Numbered from the whole stretch's first letter, positions 36,551-48,942 are shown. The stretch: DNA of 63,961 bases, filler included, from Octopus bimaculoides (GCF_001194135.2; 5 parts of 5 records of this genome joined end to end with filler, not necessarily neighbours in it); one strand, 5' to 3'. The notes: generated by a model not told the origin, from the letters alone. Numbers and translations: made by a program.

Positions 36551-37351
36551 GACATGAAAGTGGTATCCAGTTTTTGTCCATAGTGAAACATAGAAAAAGT
36601 GGGGGAAAAAATCTCAAAATTTGCAGCACTGAGATGTCTTGTAAAATAATATCAGACAGTGTAACTCATTTGTTTACATTGTTAAACTATGTGTTTTCAT
36701 GAATGTACTAATGTGATTTGTGCTGAAATTCTCATTTAAATATGAATAAGTCAATTCAGCTGGTTCTGGCAGGCTGGTATCATTCAACGTTTTATTTCTC
36801 AGCCGGTTTCATGCAGGTTGGTATCAAAAGAGTTAAGGGTTCTCAGATGGTGGACAACCAATTGTATCGTTTCAACAAAAGTCAAATACTGCATCTCTTT
36901 TAATGCTTATATCACATTATACCCTCTCCTTGAAATGAGTGGCTTTTTGCTTTTATATTGTGTATTTTATTTTACTGTAATGTATGTTTAACTCCAAGCT
37001 GTCTCTGATCAAACAAAACTATGATCAGAGCCAGTCTGATTTTAATAGGACCACATTATATAATATGTTCTTTTTCTTTTCTTTCTGATGTTGAAAAGAT
37101 GTGGCTTGAGGGATATTTGGCTGCTGTTTCTAACAGTAATCACATACAGGTTCACATATTGACTTGTCTGCTTCAATTTATTTGGGATGTGTTTCCACCT
37201 ATATTTGCAACATGGCTAGTAACACTTTATTCTTGCCATGCTAATGGAATTCTCTAACAAGATTATTTCTATTTCATTTAAAATATGTTAATGCCACAGC
37301 TAATGTGTTGAACTATTACATCTAATAAGTTTTATTCATATTTCGTTTCAG

Positions 37352-37532
37352 ATATGCAATTGTGAAGAATGCAAAACAAGCTGCACCACTGTCTGAGAAT
37401 ATTCAAAAAGCTAAAGTTGATGAAAGTTGTATGGAACAAAAAGTACCGAGGAAGAAAGTGAAAAAGTCAAAACCATGTAGTAAAAATATACTGTATTGCA
37501 GATTTTCTTACAATGCTTTGTATCGATTTTAA
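37352..37532 (+). CDS. Possible terminal coding exon, product unknown
   Basis: Pyrimidine-rich acceptor TTTATTCATATTTCGTTTCAG, then 59 open codons YAIVKNAKQAAPLSENIQKAKVDESCMEQKVPRKKVKKSKPC... in non-repeat sequence. No family recognised. Confidence 0.25.
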
Positions 37533-38019
37533 CACTTTCATTGTTAATGACTACGTATCTGAATGGATCTTCAATATAGGAACTTATTGGAAATGAGTGA
37601 CAGAATAAGCAGGAGTGTGGGGAGATGAGAGATGGGGAATGAGTGGGGTGGGGGAGATGATTGGCAGTGCAGTACAGCAGAATATTAACAGTGATAGAGT
37701 AGACAAGAGAAGGGCAAGAAAGGTAACAAAGGGAGAAGCAACAGGCATAGTGCATGAGGGGGTGAGAGACATAATGATAGGGGATGGGAAATAATTTGGT
37801 GGCTCTGTGGGAGGGGCATGATCAATGAAAGCATAGATGCTGAGAACAGTATCAATGGATCAAAAATGGATAACAAATAAAATGATTTTGTGTAGTGGGA
37901 AGAGCTGCGATTTGGGAGGTGGTGGGTGATGAGGAGAAAGGTAATTGAGTGACTGGCCTAGCTGTGCATACACACACACACACACACACCTACAGAGCCC
38001 TTCAAGAACTTGTTCTCAC

Positions 38020-38870
38020 TGAGGTATGCAGGTCTTCTTAAGAAATGCATATCATCAGTCATCCTGGTGTTTTGCTCTCTCCTCTGTGAGATTTAGGGTT
38101 CTAGGATCAGACATTATCATGTCTCCCTACCATGCAGATTCAAAGTTCTAATACTAGCAGCATGCAATCTACTCTTAACTCTGAAGAAAAGACCTTTGTT
38201 GCCAGCAGTATTAATAGCTCTTTGAACATTTTTTAACCTGTTCTTGCTCTAGCTACCACTTCCCTTGACAATTACATCTCCCAGATAACAAAAGCTATCA
38301 ACTACTGCCAGCAAGACATCTGGGCATTTAAGAGAAGTTATTTCCAGTGTGCTCATAGTATATACTGTTCCAGTGCAGTACATGTGACATGTTCTCTAAT
38401 AGTCTGCCTCTGATTTCACTACACCTTGTGTGTCCATAGCTTACTACAGTGTATAGGTTATACCTACTCCTTTTTTGCATATTGAACAAGGCCATTTCCC
38501 TGAAGATACCAGGGTTTTGTCTCCTTTCATATTAACTAACACCTTAGTCTTTGCTAAGTTTATGTTAAGACCTCTCCATTCTAGATTTAGCTTCCATACC
38601 TGGAATTTCCTCTCTAATTTCCCTCTAAATTCAGCTATGAGAACATATCAGTATGTGTTACCATGGACAGCCAGCCTTAAACTCGTTTATGATGGCCTAT
38701 AGGACTATGATGAATTGGAGTACGCTGAGTATTGAACCTTGAACTACCTTCACACTAAATAGTCTCTGAAATCATTGTTACTCTTACTTATTGCATTTTT
38801 GTACATAGCTGGTGCAGTCCTCATATGTCACACCTAGTTTCCTTGGAGACTTCCAGATTTACAATAGTCA
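38020..38870 (-). mobile_element. RTE-clade LINE RT fragment with internal Cys/His cluster
   Basis: KLERKFQVWKLNLEWRGLNINLAKTKVLV..SGKWPCSICKKGVG..CSKLWTHK. Same family as 42170-43420. Confidence 0.8.
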
Positions 38871-39016
38871 GGAATGAAGGTTTATCCTTCACTAAGTATT
38901 TCTTCTTCAATTGCCTCACCAGTAAGATTCTAAGCTGCCTCTTCCAAGGACAAAACCAAACTGCATCTTATCTATGTCTACTCTTTACAGATGTGCATGT
39001 GTGTGAATTATGTATA

Positions 39017-40561
39017 CAGTATCTCACAGAAGTATGTACACCCCTAAGAAATAAAATTGCCTTTATTCTGATAATATTGAAGGAAATCAAACAAAATTTA
39101 AACTAAATAAAATATATTATACATGCAGACATTATACAAATTTGGAACACAAAACAATAAATATTTTCAAAGATATATACAAAATATTAATTTTCAAACA
39201 AAGCAAAAATATGTACACCCTAGTGGATTATTTGCTATACTCAATATTTGGTGTGACCATCCTTGCTTTCAATGACTGCATTAAATCTTCTAGGCATAGT
39301 CGACTAAATTTCTGCATATAACTGATGAAATCAACCTCCATTCATCCTGAATGATGTCTTTCAGCTGTGTTAAATTGTGGGATATTTTCTCATCAATCTT
39401 CCTTTTCAAAATACCCCACAGATGTTCTGTTGGGTTTAAATCAGGCGACATGATAAAAACTTGTCATCTTTGACGAGTGTTTAAGGTCATTATCATGTTG
39501 GAACATGGGATGTCTTCATATTTCCTTGATGCTTTTCGACATCGTTTTCTGCAGTATGTAACAAAAAAGCCTTGAATTGATTGTTTTCTCAATAAATGTG
39601 AGTCCTCCCACACCAGCCACACTTACGCATCCCCAAAGCATAACACTTCTGCTGTCAAGTTTCACAGTAGGCATGGTGTATTTGTTGCTATTATCTTTAC
39701 CCGAATATCACCATACTTGTTTAATACCCTCTGACCCAAACAAGTTAATTTTTAGTCTCCTCAGAAAAAAGAAATTTATTCCAAAACTCCTTCCCCTTAC
39801 TCACATAGGTTTCGGCAAAAGAAAGATGACTTAATTTATGCGTGGTAGTGAGGAGAGGCTTCCTACGAGGAATGCATCCATGAAGACCATACTGGTTCAA
39901 ACTTCGATGAACTGTTTAAGCAGATACACTGTTTCCACTAATAGAAAACACTTCTTAGGCCAAAGATAAAGCAGTATGATTGCCGGTCGTCCATCATGCA
40001 ATGTTGGATGTGGCGAATATCATATGCAGTTAAAATAGGATGACCAGGATGATGTAATCATCCATTAGCTTTGTACTTCTGAATTACTTTAGAAACTGTG
40101 TTTACGCTAATATGTATTTGTTGGCTGATAAACTTATATCCTAAACCATTCTTTGCAAATTAAAAATAATTTTCTTCAAATCTTCAGACAGTTCTTTTCC
40201 TTTTGTTGCCATTTTAATCACAGTGCTGAAGATTTTCACCACAATATACAAATCAGAATTCCTGCAGATGCAGTAACAATGACTGGTGCAAAAATCCCAG
40301 GAGAAATAATTTATTAGAATTGAAATTATCAGCAATATCTGAATTTAGTAAAAAAGTGGATAAAATATTGAATATAGCAAATTTCCTTCAGGTTGTAAAT
40401 ATTTTTGTAACATTTGAAAATGTTTCTTGTTTTGTGTTCCAAATTTGTATAATGTTTGCATATATAATATATTTTATTCAGTATAAATTTTGCTTGATTT
40501 CCTTTGATATTTTCAGAGTAACGGCAATTTTAATGAAATTTTTTAGGGGTGTACGATACTG
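39017..40561 (-). mobile_element. Full-length decayed Tc1-like (DD34E) transposon
   Basis: Left TIR TA|CAGTATCTCACAGAAGTATGTACACCCCT, right TIR AGGGGTGTAC-GATACTG. Transposase starts MATKGKELSEDLKK (about 40212) and ends MPRRFNAVIESKDGHTKY* (about 39241). About 1.55 kb. Confidence 0.92.
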
Positions 40562-40575
40562 TGTGTGTGTGTATG

Positions 40576-40608
<33 letters not shown>

Positions 40609-40635
40609 TGTAAGATACTGTGTGGGTGTGTGTAC

Positions 40636-40950
40636 TGCCTGACTGGCCTTCGTTGGATTTTCGAGCGAGATCGTTGCCAGTGCCCCTGGACTGGCTCTTG
40701 TGCGGGTGGCACATAAAATACACCATTTTGAGCGTGGCCGTTGCCAGTACCGCCTGACTGGCCTTCGTGCGGGTGACACGTAAAAGCACCCACTACACTC
40801 TCTGAGTGGTTGGCGTTAGGAAGGGCATCCAGCTGTAGAAACTCTGCCAAATCAGATTGGAGCCTGGTGTAGCCATCTGGTTTCACCAGTCCTCAGTCAA
40901 ATCGTCCAACCCATACTAGCATGGAAAGCGGATGTTAAATGATGATGATA
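40636..40950 (+). mobile_element. Non-autonomous RTE-derived short element (5' UTR-like plus 3' tail)
   Basis: TGGTTGGCGTTAGGAAGGGCATCCAGCTGTAGAAAC (RTE 5'-like) followed within about 100 nt by AACCCATACTAGCATGGAAAGCGGATGTTAAATGATGATGAT (RTE 3'-like tail). No ORF. Confidence 0.7.
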
Positions 40951-41011
40951 TATATATATATATATATATGCACACACACGCATACCCTATATGTGCATGT
41001 GTGTGTATGTA

Positions 41012-41160
41012 TCAGCATTTAACTTCCTTTTTCCATGCTGGCTTGGATTGGACAGTTTGACAAAAACAGATATTTGGTATGGTTTCTACAGCTGGACACA
41101 TTTCCTAACACCAACCTTTTGACAGAATGTAATGGGTGTTTTTTACGTGACACTATCACT
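41012..41160 (-). mobile_element. Degraded copy of the RTE-derived short element
   Basis: Reverse complement motifs CATTTAAC..TTCCATGCTGGC..CTACAGCTGGA..TTCCTAACACCAACC. Confidence 0.6.
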
Positions 41161-41559
41161 GGTGAGATTGCCAGGTACCTGCAAGATAAAGCTCGTTGTT
41201 TGAGTGAGGTATAGACTGGAGGAATAAGAAACTACAATAGATGGAGAGGAACAGGTGTCTTGCTGAAGAAGTGACTACATGGGTAGCCTGCTTGGAAAAT
41301 GAGTGAACGAAAGAAAGAGATGTGAGGTCCAAGAACAACATGAATATGAGACAGAATAGGATAGAAGAGTAGAAAAAGTGTATGTGCATGTAAGTCCACT
41401 GAGTGAAAATAGTGTGACAAGTGTGGGTAGAAATATGGAATGAGTTGGATGCAGAGGATATTAGTCAGTGTTGGGGGAATTGAAGAAAATAGAGTAACAT
41501 AGAAGATTGATAGAAGAGTGGCTGTCATGAAGATAAGTTGTAGGGGAAGGTTTGACAGT

Positions 41560-41850
41560 CTCTCAATTCTGCTAACATGGATGTGTCCTTCTCAAGCACA
41601 CCATAATGTCATTCAATTTCTTTTATCTCAGAGATCTTCAACATTTTGAGATCAATCTTTACCACTTTGTGTCATGTCTTTCTAAGTCTACCTCTTCCAC
41701 AAGTTTCTTCAATGCTTAGTAATGTGCACTTCTTTATACAGCCCTCATCCATCTGCATACTGGCTCAATCTCCACTATACTGGTACAATTATCGCTGCTG
41801 TACACCACATCTGATGCCCAGTTTTTCTCTCAGGACAAAGTAGAAATGTA
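41560..41850 (-). mobile_element. RTE LINE 3' ORF fragment
   Basis: LREKLGIRCGVQQR..TCGRGRLRKT-like peptides on the minus strand. Confidence 0.65.
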
Positions 41851-41934
41851 TTTCGCTGTACATGCATACTGACATTGCTCATTCATCGGGGCAAACATGT
41901 GTATGTATGTGTTTACATGTATATATATCCTCAT

Positions 41935-42130
41935 CACCATCATTTAACTTGTTTTCGATGCTGGCATGGGTTGGATGACTTGAGTTGGCAAGGCCAAGGG
42001 TACCATGTTCTGAAGAATGTTTTGGCTTGCCTTCTACAGCTGGATGTCCTTAAGACCAGCCACTTTACAGAGTGTATGGAGTGCTTTTTATATAACACCA
42101 TCACCGGTGCTTTTTACATGGCACCAGCAC
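41935..42130 (-). mobile_element. Third copy of the RTE-derived short element
   Basis: CATTTAAC..ATGCTGGCATGGGTTGGATG..CTACAGCTGGATGTCCTT..GGTGCTTTTTAC. Confidence 0.65.
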
Positions 42131-42169
42131 TAGTGTTTTTTGGATAGCACCTTGGTTTTAGGATATCAA

Positions 42170-43420
42170 TTCTGTTGTGGTGGGTGAGTCTTCTTAAGTA
42201 CAGCATTGTACCAGATATCTTAGTCCTTAGTCAACTCCTTTGTAAGGCTCAGTGTCTTGAAATCAGCATTCAATACTTTGTCCCATATCTTCCTCAGTCT
42301 CCCTCTTCCACAACTTCTCCCACATTAAGTGATCAGTACTTCCGTATGCAACTGTCCCTATCCATTCACATCACATGACCAAACCAGTGCAGTCTTCTCT
42401 CTTGCACACTATATAATTCCTCTCGTGTCTAACTTTTCTCTTAATATACTAGCACTCTCTTGCATGTGTACACTGATATTGCACATCTCGTGGGTCATAC
42501 CAGCTTCGTTCCTATCTAGTCTTCACATGTCTTCTGCATTCAGGGTCCACCTCTCACTATCATATAGCATTGCTATTCATACGCAAGTATCATCCAATCT
42601 TCCTTTTGCTTAGAGAGAGAGACCTTTGGCTACCAACAGAAGTAAAAGCTGTCTGAAATTTCTCCATCTCATTCTTATTCTAGCAATTACACTTTCAGTA
42701 ACATCCTCCTTTGCTGCTGATTATGTTACCTAGGTCACAGAAATTATCTAGTACTTTCAGAGAGCCTCTGGGACATTTGAAGAAATCAGTTTCCCATGTA
42801 TCCATAGTCTTTATGGTTCCTGTACATCTTCCACAAACAAACACTCCCTTCTCTTAACTGAGCTACTATTCCACTGCACTTCTTGTGTGTCCAAAGCTTG
42901 CACTGGGTACACCAAATGGAATTTCTGCCTACATACGAAACACGGCCATTTACCTGAAATGGGTATGGTCCTGTCTAATTTTTTGCTTCCTAAGTCCTTT
43001 GCTAAGTTAACTTTCTTTGCAGGTTTTGCTTCCACTCCTGGAATTTCTTTTCTAGTTTTCATCATATAGTAGTTCCCATGGGCTTTCAGTCTGAAATTCC
43101 TCTATAATGGCCTGGAGGACAATGAGGAATAGGCGGAGCTGAGGACTGAGTTTTGGTGAACACCTACCTCTACACTAAATTGGTCACTATATACATGACT
43201 AACTCTTACTTTTCTAACAGCATACCTGCACATACTTTGTTCTGCTTTCACAAGCCCTAGCTTTTTCGGAGACCACCATATCAGAGAGCAAAATACTCTG
43301 TCGAAGGCTTTTTCTAGATCAACAAATACGAAGTAGAATGGCTTTTCTTGCAGTTGCCTGACTATGGAAATATGAAAATAGCATCTGTAATGTTTCTTCT
43401 GACACAAAGTCAAATTGCAT
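42170..43420 (-). mobile_element. RTE-clade LINE, RT to 3' end, decayed
   Basis: RQLQEKPFYFVFVDLEKAFDRV, FSVEVGVHQNSVLS, SGKWPCFVC, DNFCDLG.IISS, ARIRMRWRNFRQLL and RLHWFGHVM. Confidence 0.9.
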
Positions 43421-43915
43421 TTCATCTAGCCTAATTCTGTTCCTAATTAATTGGGCTATTACCCTTTGTAACTGTCATCACCTTATCATAGCTAACTGTA
43501 ATGGCCTGTGTATCTTCATGGCTCTTGAACACTCATAAATACAAATGTGAAGATAGACATACACTCATACATACTCACATGTGCATATTCCACAGTCATA
43601 GCTTATGACAGAGGGGATATTTGTAGAGACGCTGATAGAATAAGTACAAGGCTTATAAAGAATAAATCCCGTGGCTGACTTGTTCGACCAACAGCGGTGC
43701 TCCAGCATGGCTGCTGTCATATAACTGAAAGAAGTAAAACAATAAAAAAACTGTGCCAGTTTAATCCCAAGGCTGTGTATCTCTGCCAGTATACATACAC
43801 ATATACATGCTATATTGTTCTATATATGTATACTAGCATGCATCATACAGTCTGCCTTTTACTCTGAATGAGAGGCCCCTTGTTACCAGCAGAGGTAAGA
43901 GCTCTCTGAACTTTG

Positions 43916-43946
<31 letters not shown>

Positions 43947-44222
43947 TTGTATATAATGAATATGTATATTGTATATAATGAATATGTATATTATATATAA
44001 TGCATTTGTATATCACATGTAATATATATTTATAGATTATATATGTCGCATATGGTATGTGCACATCCATAGCGCATTTGGTATGTACATATATGTATCG
44101 CATATAGTGTGTGTGTGTGTGTATATATATATGTGTATGCATGTATATGTGTTTGTGTGCAAATGTATTTATGTGTACTTATGTATGTGTGTGTACGTAT
44201 ATGTCTACAAATATGTGTATAT

Positions 44223-44604
44223 TCAGGTTGTCCCAAAAGTCACTGATGGGTTTCAATTTTTAAGAACGTGCTTAACTTTGTAGATAAATCCATGATATTT
44301 GATACAATCTGAAGGACGTAATGGAAATCAATTTACACAAGCCAAATTTTGCAACACCACTATATTACCTCTGAAAAACAGCATCATTGAAATGGTAGCC
44401 ATTTTCGGTTTCACACATCTGTGCTTTTTATAAAACTGCTTCCCTAACACCCTGAAGAGTTCTAGATCTCATTTCCCTCTGATTACTCTATTGTTGTTCT
44501 TCAGGTGCACCAGTGTTTCTGGGTTGTTCCAAAGAAGAATTTTGTCTTAATTTTGAAAAATAAAAGTAGAAAAAGAACCATATTATTTATGGGATGACCC
44601 AATA
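44223..44604. mobile_element. Tc1/mariner terminal fragments
   Basis: TATTCAGGTTGTCCCAAAAGTC at 44220-44242 and a mariner TIR ATTATTTATGGGATGACCCAATA at about 44582-44604. Confidence 0.55.
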
Positions 44605-44624
44605 TGTATATTTATGTGAAGGCA

Positions 44625-44915
44625 TAGCTGTCTGGTGAGAAGTGTGCTTCTCAACCACATGGCCCTGGGTTCAGTCACCTTGCGTAACACCTTGAGCAAG
44701 TGTCTTATAGTTTAGCCTTGGTCCAACCAAAGCTTTGTGTGTGGATTTGGCAGACGGAAATTGATGAAAGCCTGTGGTATATATGTGTGTGTCCCTTTAT
44801 GTCTGTTTTTGTCCGTCCGTAACCTAGCAGTTTGGGCACAAGACTTCTAGAATAAGTACTAAGTACAAAGAATAAGTCCTGGAGTTGATTTCTTCAACTA
44901 AAACCCTTTAAGGCA
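44625..44915 (+). mobile_element. SINE family B, degraded
   Basis: AACCACATGGCCCTGGGTTCAGTC..GCAAGTGTCTT..GTGGATTTGGCAGACGGAAA..GAATAAGTCCTGG. Confidence 0.8.
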
Positions 44916-44986
44916 GTCAAATTATAAATTAAACAATAAAAGTTTATGTGTGTGTCTATATATGTGTATGTATGTATATATCAGGT

Positions 44987-45327
44987 GGAGGCGCAATGGC
45001 CCAATGGTTAGGGCAGTGGACTCGCGGTTTCGATTCCCAGACCGGCCGTTGTGAGTGTTTATTGAGCGAAAACACCTAAAGCTCCACAAGGCTCTAGCAG
45101 GGGATGGTGGCGAACCCTGCTGTACTCTTTCACCACAACTTTCTCTCACTCTTACTTCCTCGGTCAGCCTTGTCACACTGTGTCACGCTGAATATCCCCG
45201 AGAACTCTGTTAAGGGCACACGTGTCTGTGGAGTGCTCAGCCACTTGCACGTTAATTTCACAAGCAGGCTGTTCCGTTGATCGGATCAACTGGAACCCTC
45301 GTCGTAAGCGACAGAGTGCCAACAACA
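44987..45327 (+). mobile_element. SINE family A, near full length
   Basis: GGAGGCGCAATGGCCCAATGGTTAGGGCAG head to GAGTGCCAACAAC tail, with two small internal deletions. Confidence 0.92.
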
Positions 45328-45333
45328 TGTATA

Positions 45334-46113
45334 TATCAGGTCATCCCATAAATAATGGTTTTTTTTTATACTTTGATTTTTTCAAAATTAAGATAAACAA
45401 AGTTCTTTTTTAATCTAAAATATATTCTCCATTTTCTACAATGCACTTCCCTCTCTCTGGTAGACTTGCAAGGCGCCTCTTCCAAAATTCACTTGTCCAT
45501 GACGAAAAGTACTCCTCCAGTACTGTTCTATTTTTTGCCGTCTAAATGATTTTGAAGACTGTGTAATAAATTATATTTGGATGGGGCAATGTCCTGCAAA
45601 TATGGTGGGTAGGGCATCGTTTCCCATTCAAACTGCTCCAACCTTTGAAATGTCATCCTTGCTGTAGGTCGCCATGCATTATCCTTATGGAAGAACGCCT
45701 TTTGTCTTGAAAGCAAAGATGGTCAATTGGTCCTGACTTGCATGACTGGTTAAATGGCCAAATCCAAACCTCTCTGTTTGTTCCTCAACATTTGCGATGG
45801 GATTTTGTTCCATCAGGGTTTGCAGGACATCCTCATCAAGCTTTACAGATCCTCTAGCACGAGGCTGGTCTTCCAGAATATTGTTTCTGGCTTGCAATTT
45901 CTTGAACCACCATTGACACTGGATTACACTTATTGTCCGATCCCCATATTAATATACCCTGCACTTTCTGTTGTAATGTTGCCTTTATTGAACTCATAAA
46001 GCAAGATACACCGAATGTGCTCCTTTGTTGCTTACTCTTCAAAACATACACTAAGAATAAGGACAAGGTAATCATGCAATTGGAAAAAATCTTATCTATG
46101 GGATGACCAGATA
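45334..46113 (-). mobile_element. Internally deleted mariner, same family as 24590-25849
   Basis: TIRs TATCAGGTCATCCCATAAATAAT and CTATGGGATGACCAGATA. Peptides AFFHKDNA and PPYLQDIAPSKYNLLHSLQNHLDGK. Confidence 0.9.
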
Positions 46114-46299
46114 TATATATACATATATATATATATATANNNNNNNNNNNNNNNNNNNNNNNNNNNNNNNNNNNNNNNNNNNNNNNNNNNNNNNNNNNNN
46201 NNNNNNNNNNNNNNNNNNNNNNNNNNNNNNNNNNNNNNNNNNNNNNNNNNNNNNNNNNNNNNNNNNNNNNNNNNATATAAACACACACACATATGTGTA

Positions 46300-47501
46300 T
46301 ATCAAGTCAACCCATAAGTAACGACCAGATTTCAGATAAGGAGAACAAGTGATCAAGTCTTACATTTTAATGAAACTTAATCGTCAATACAGTTTCCAAA
46401 ATTGTCTATGACATGTTTCCATCTACTTGTAAGCTTTTTAATCCCATTAGTGAAAATCTCTTTCGGTTTTGAAAAGAAGGCCTCCTCAGTTGTTTTGAGA
46501 GTTAATCAATCCAAATAATTGTGTAAATTACGGAATAAATGCTAATCTGAAGAAGCAGGGTCTGGGGAATAAGGCAGATGAACAATTTTCTCCCAGCCAA
46601 GTTCCTCGATCTTCTGTGAGGTAATCTTTGCTGTGTGAGGTCTTGCATTGTCCTGATAAAGCACCACTCTCTTTTGATTCACTAAAACAGGCCTATTTTA
46701 CTTCGAAGCAGTATTTAAACACTCTAATTGCTGACAGTATATTTAAGCATTGATTGTTGCATTAGTTGGTAGCAACTCAAAAGTGGATGACTTCTTTGCA
46801 TGGAGTACGCTTTTTTGGTTGTGGTTAGGCCTTTTCCCTTTCACTGAGCCAATGTCCACAATGCTCAACATTTTGATAAAAGACCCATTTTTCGTCACCA
46901 GTCTGTCCAAAAAGGCAAAATGAGTTCACAAGAACAAAGAGAATAGCAGATGCCCACTTGGGATTTGCAGTTGGATTTGGCTTCACATAAATCATGAGAC
47001 CCCCATTTTCTGACTTTTGGGACTTTTCCAAGCTGTTGAAGATGGCGGTGAACAGTTGTATGGCTTGAATGAGTTTGCTTGTCAATTTTTCAACTGAAGC
47101 TGCATGATCTTTTTCAAGTTCTGTCAAAAGAAGCTTCTCATCAAACTCAATTAGATGTTCTGTTTGGGCCTCATCTTCAAGGCTGAAATCTCCACTTCTG
47201 AATTATACAAACCATCATCTGCAAGTTCTTTCATTCAGGCACTCTTCTTCATAATCTTGAGTTGCTTTGGCTGCAGAGTTATCATGTGCCTCAAATGTTC
47301 CTTAGACACTTCTATGTTTAGAGAGATATAATTAGTGAAATTTCAATTAGATTATTCTGCAAAATGAGATTTAATTAGAAATTTAATTAATCTGAATACA
47401 TATAATTATTACTTGATGCTGTTAGACTTCTAAAATACTGTTAAAGTGTTTACAAATTGGAAATATTGAAGTCCAGACATCACTTGTGAGATGATCTGAT
47501 A
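46300..47501 (-). mobile_element. Full-length decayed mariner, second subfamily
   Basis: TIRs TATCAAGTCAACCCATAAGTAA and (reverse complement) TATCAGATCATCTCACAAGTGATG. Peptides FRSGDFSLEDE and TGDEKWVFY. Confidence 0.88.
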
Positions 47502-48119
47502 TTTGTGTGTGTGTGTATATATGTATATAGGTGTACATATTTGTATCTACCTATATATGTATATGCATATATGTGTATGTGTGTGTATATATATATATAT
47601 ATATATAGGTATATATATAGGTATATAGGTGTACATATGTGTATATAAAAATTAATATTTCCAAAAACATATGTCAATACATCCTTATCAAGGCGATCTA
47701 AAATTCTGTCTGTGTATTATGTGTGTTTATATCTATGTATCTATAATATAATAGAGAAGGCTACTTATTCATTACGTATGTTACAGTTACTAAAAGTACT
47801 AAAGGAAAACAATTATTAAAGGGTTGACCGTTTGGAAATATTTTTATAAATTCATGTTCAAAGAAATTTTCTATAATTTTGATTTTTCAAGTTTATTGCA
47901 TTTTTTAACTCCAATTTCTAGCAAATTTAAATATTCATTGTGGAGTATTCCATTTTCATTTGCAAAATCTCTCACTTTATCTTTCAATGTTTTCATTTCA
48001 AGTTTTTAATTCTCTATTTGGAAAACCAACAGTTTATTCTGTTAATATATATGTAATGTAAAAACGTTATCGAATGAAAATCTTTTAAAATACCTGTATA
48101 ATTTTTGGGATCTTTTTTA

Positions 48120-48451
48120 AAACGGGGGCCACATTTTTCATTAACGAAACACTTTGAAACTTGGAACACTGGTAGAATGTGTCATATAAAACATCTTTTT
48201 CTCTTAGTCTTCTTTAAAAAAAAAGAAATTCATAAGTTATTCCATGTTAAAGTTGTCGTATTTCTGTAATTTCAACCAATCACTGACGTCCATTTAGCCG
48301 ATATACATTAAGTGCCGACTACATAAACAAACGATTCTGAAACAATTAACCCTAACCCTAACTCTAGGGTTAGGGTTAAAGCAAATTTAAAATGAAAAAA
48401 GCAAATAAAACGAAGGTATGGAGATTAAATACGCTTTACATCGCTTAATCA
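48120..48451. mobile_element. Unclassified repeat fragment carrying a telomere-motif palindrome
   Basis: TTAACCCTAACCCTA-ACTC-TAGGGTTAGGGTTAA at 48346-48379. CTTTGAAACTTGGAACAC resembles non-autonomous DNA/rolling-circle element subterminal motifs. Truncated by the scaffold join. Confidence 0.45.
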
Positions 48452-48551
48452 NNNNNNNNNNNNNNNNNNNNNNNNNNNNNNNNNNNNNNNNNNNNTTAAT
48501 TAATTAANNNNNNNNNNNNNNNNNNNNNNNNNNNNNNNNNNNNNNNNNNNN
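48452..48551. other. Synthetic scaffold-join spacer
   Basis: 44N, TTAATTAATTAA (48496-48507), 44N. Confidence 0.92.
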
Positions 48552-48942
48552 ATTGATGTATCAATACCAGCAGATGACAACGTTTCTCTAAAAGAAATGG
48601 AAAAACTTTCAAAATACAAAGACCTGGAAATAGAGATAACTCGAATGTGGAATCTAAAAACAGAAACAATTCCTATCATAGTAGGTGCCTTAGGTATAAT
48701 AAAAAAATATTCAGACAAATACATAACAAAAATAGCAGGACTTACAAATATATATAACATACAGAAAATTGCACTACTGGGTACTGCACACATCCTACGC
48801 AAAACACTTTCAATACAGTAAACATAAGAGCACCACAGCAAACCACAGCACATACCCAAGGCGCACAGAGCTGCGCTCGGTAGTGAAGTGAAAGCACGTT
48901 ATAAAAATAAAACTACTGAATAATAATAATAATAATAATAAT
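48552..48942 (+). mobile_element. R4/Dong-like non-LTR retrotransposon 3' end (RLE domain, 3' UTR, (TAA)n)
   Basis: IDVSIPAD..EKLSKYKDLEIEITRMWNLKTETIPIIVGALG..IQKIALLGTAHILRKTL*, uninterrupted. 3' UTR ends in (TAA)n. Confidence 0.92.

Noticed and set aside
48346-48379. Interstitial telomere or chromosome fusion site
   Set aside because: Only about 2.5 units per arm, and the orientation is opposite to an end-to-end fusion. Kept only as an element hairpin.
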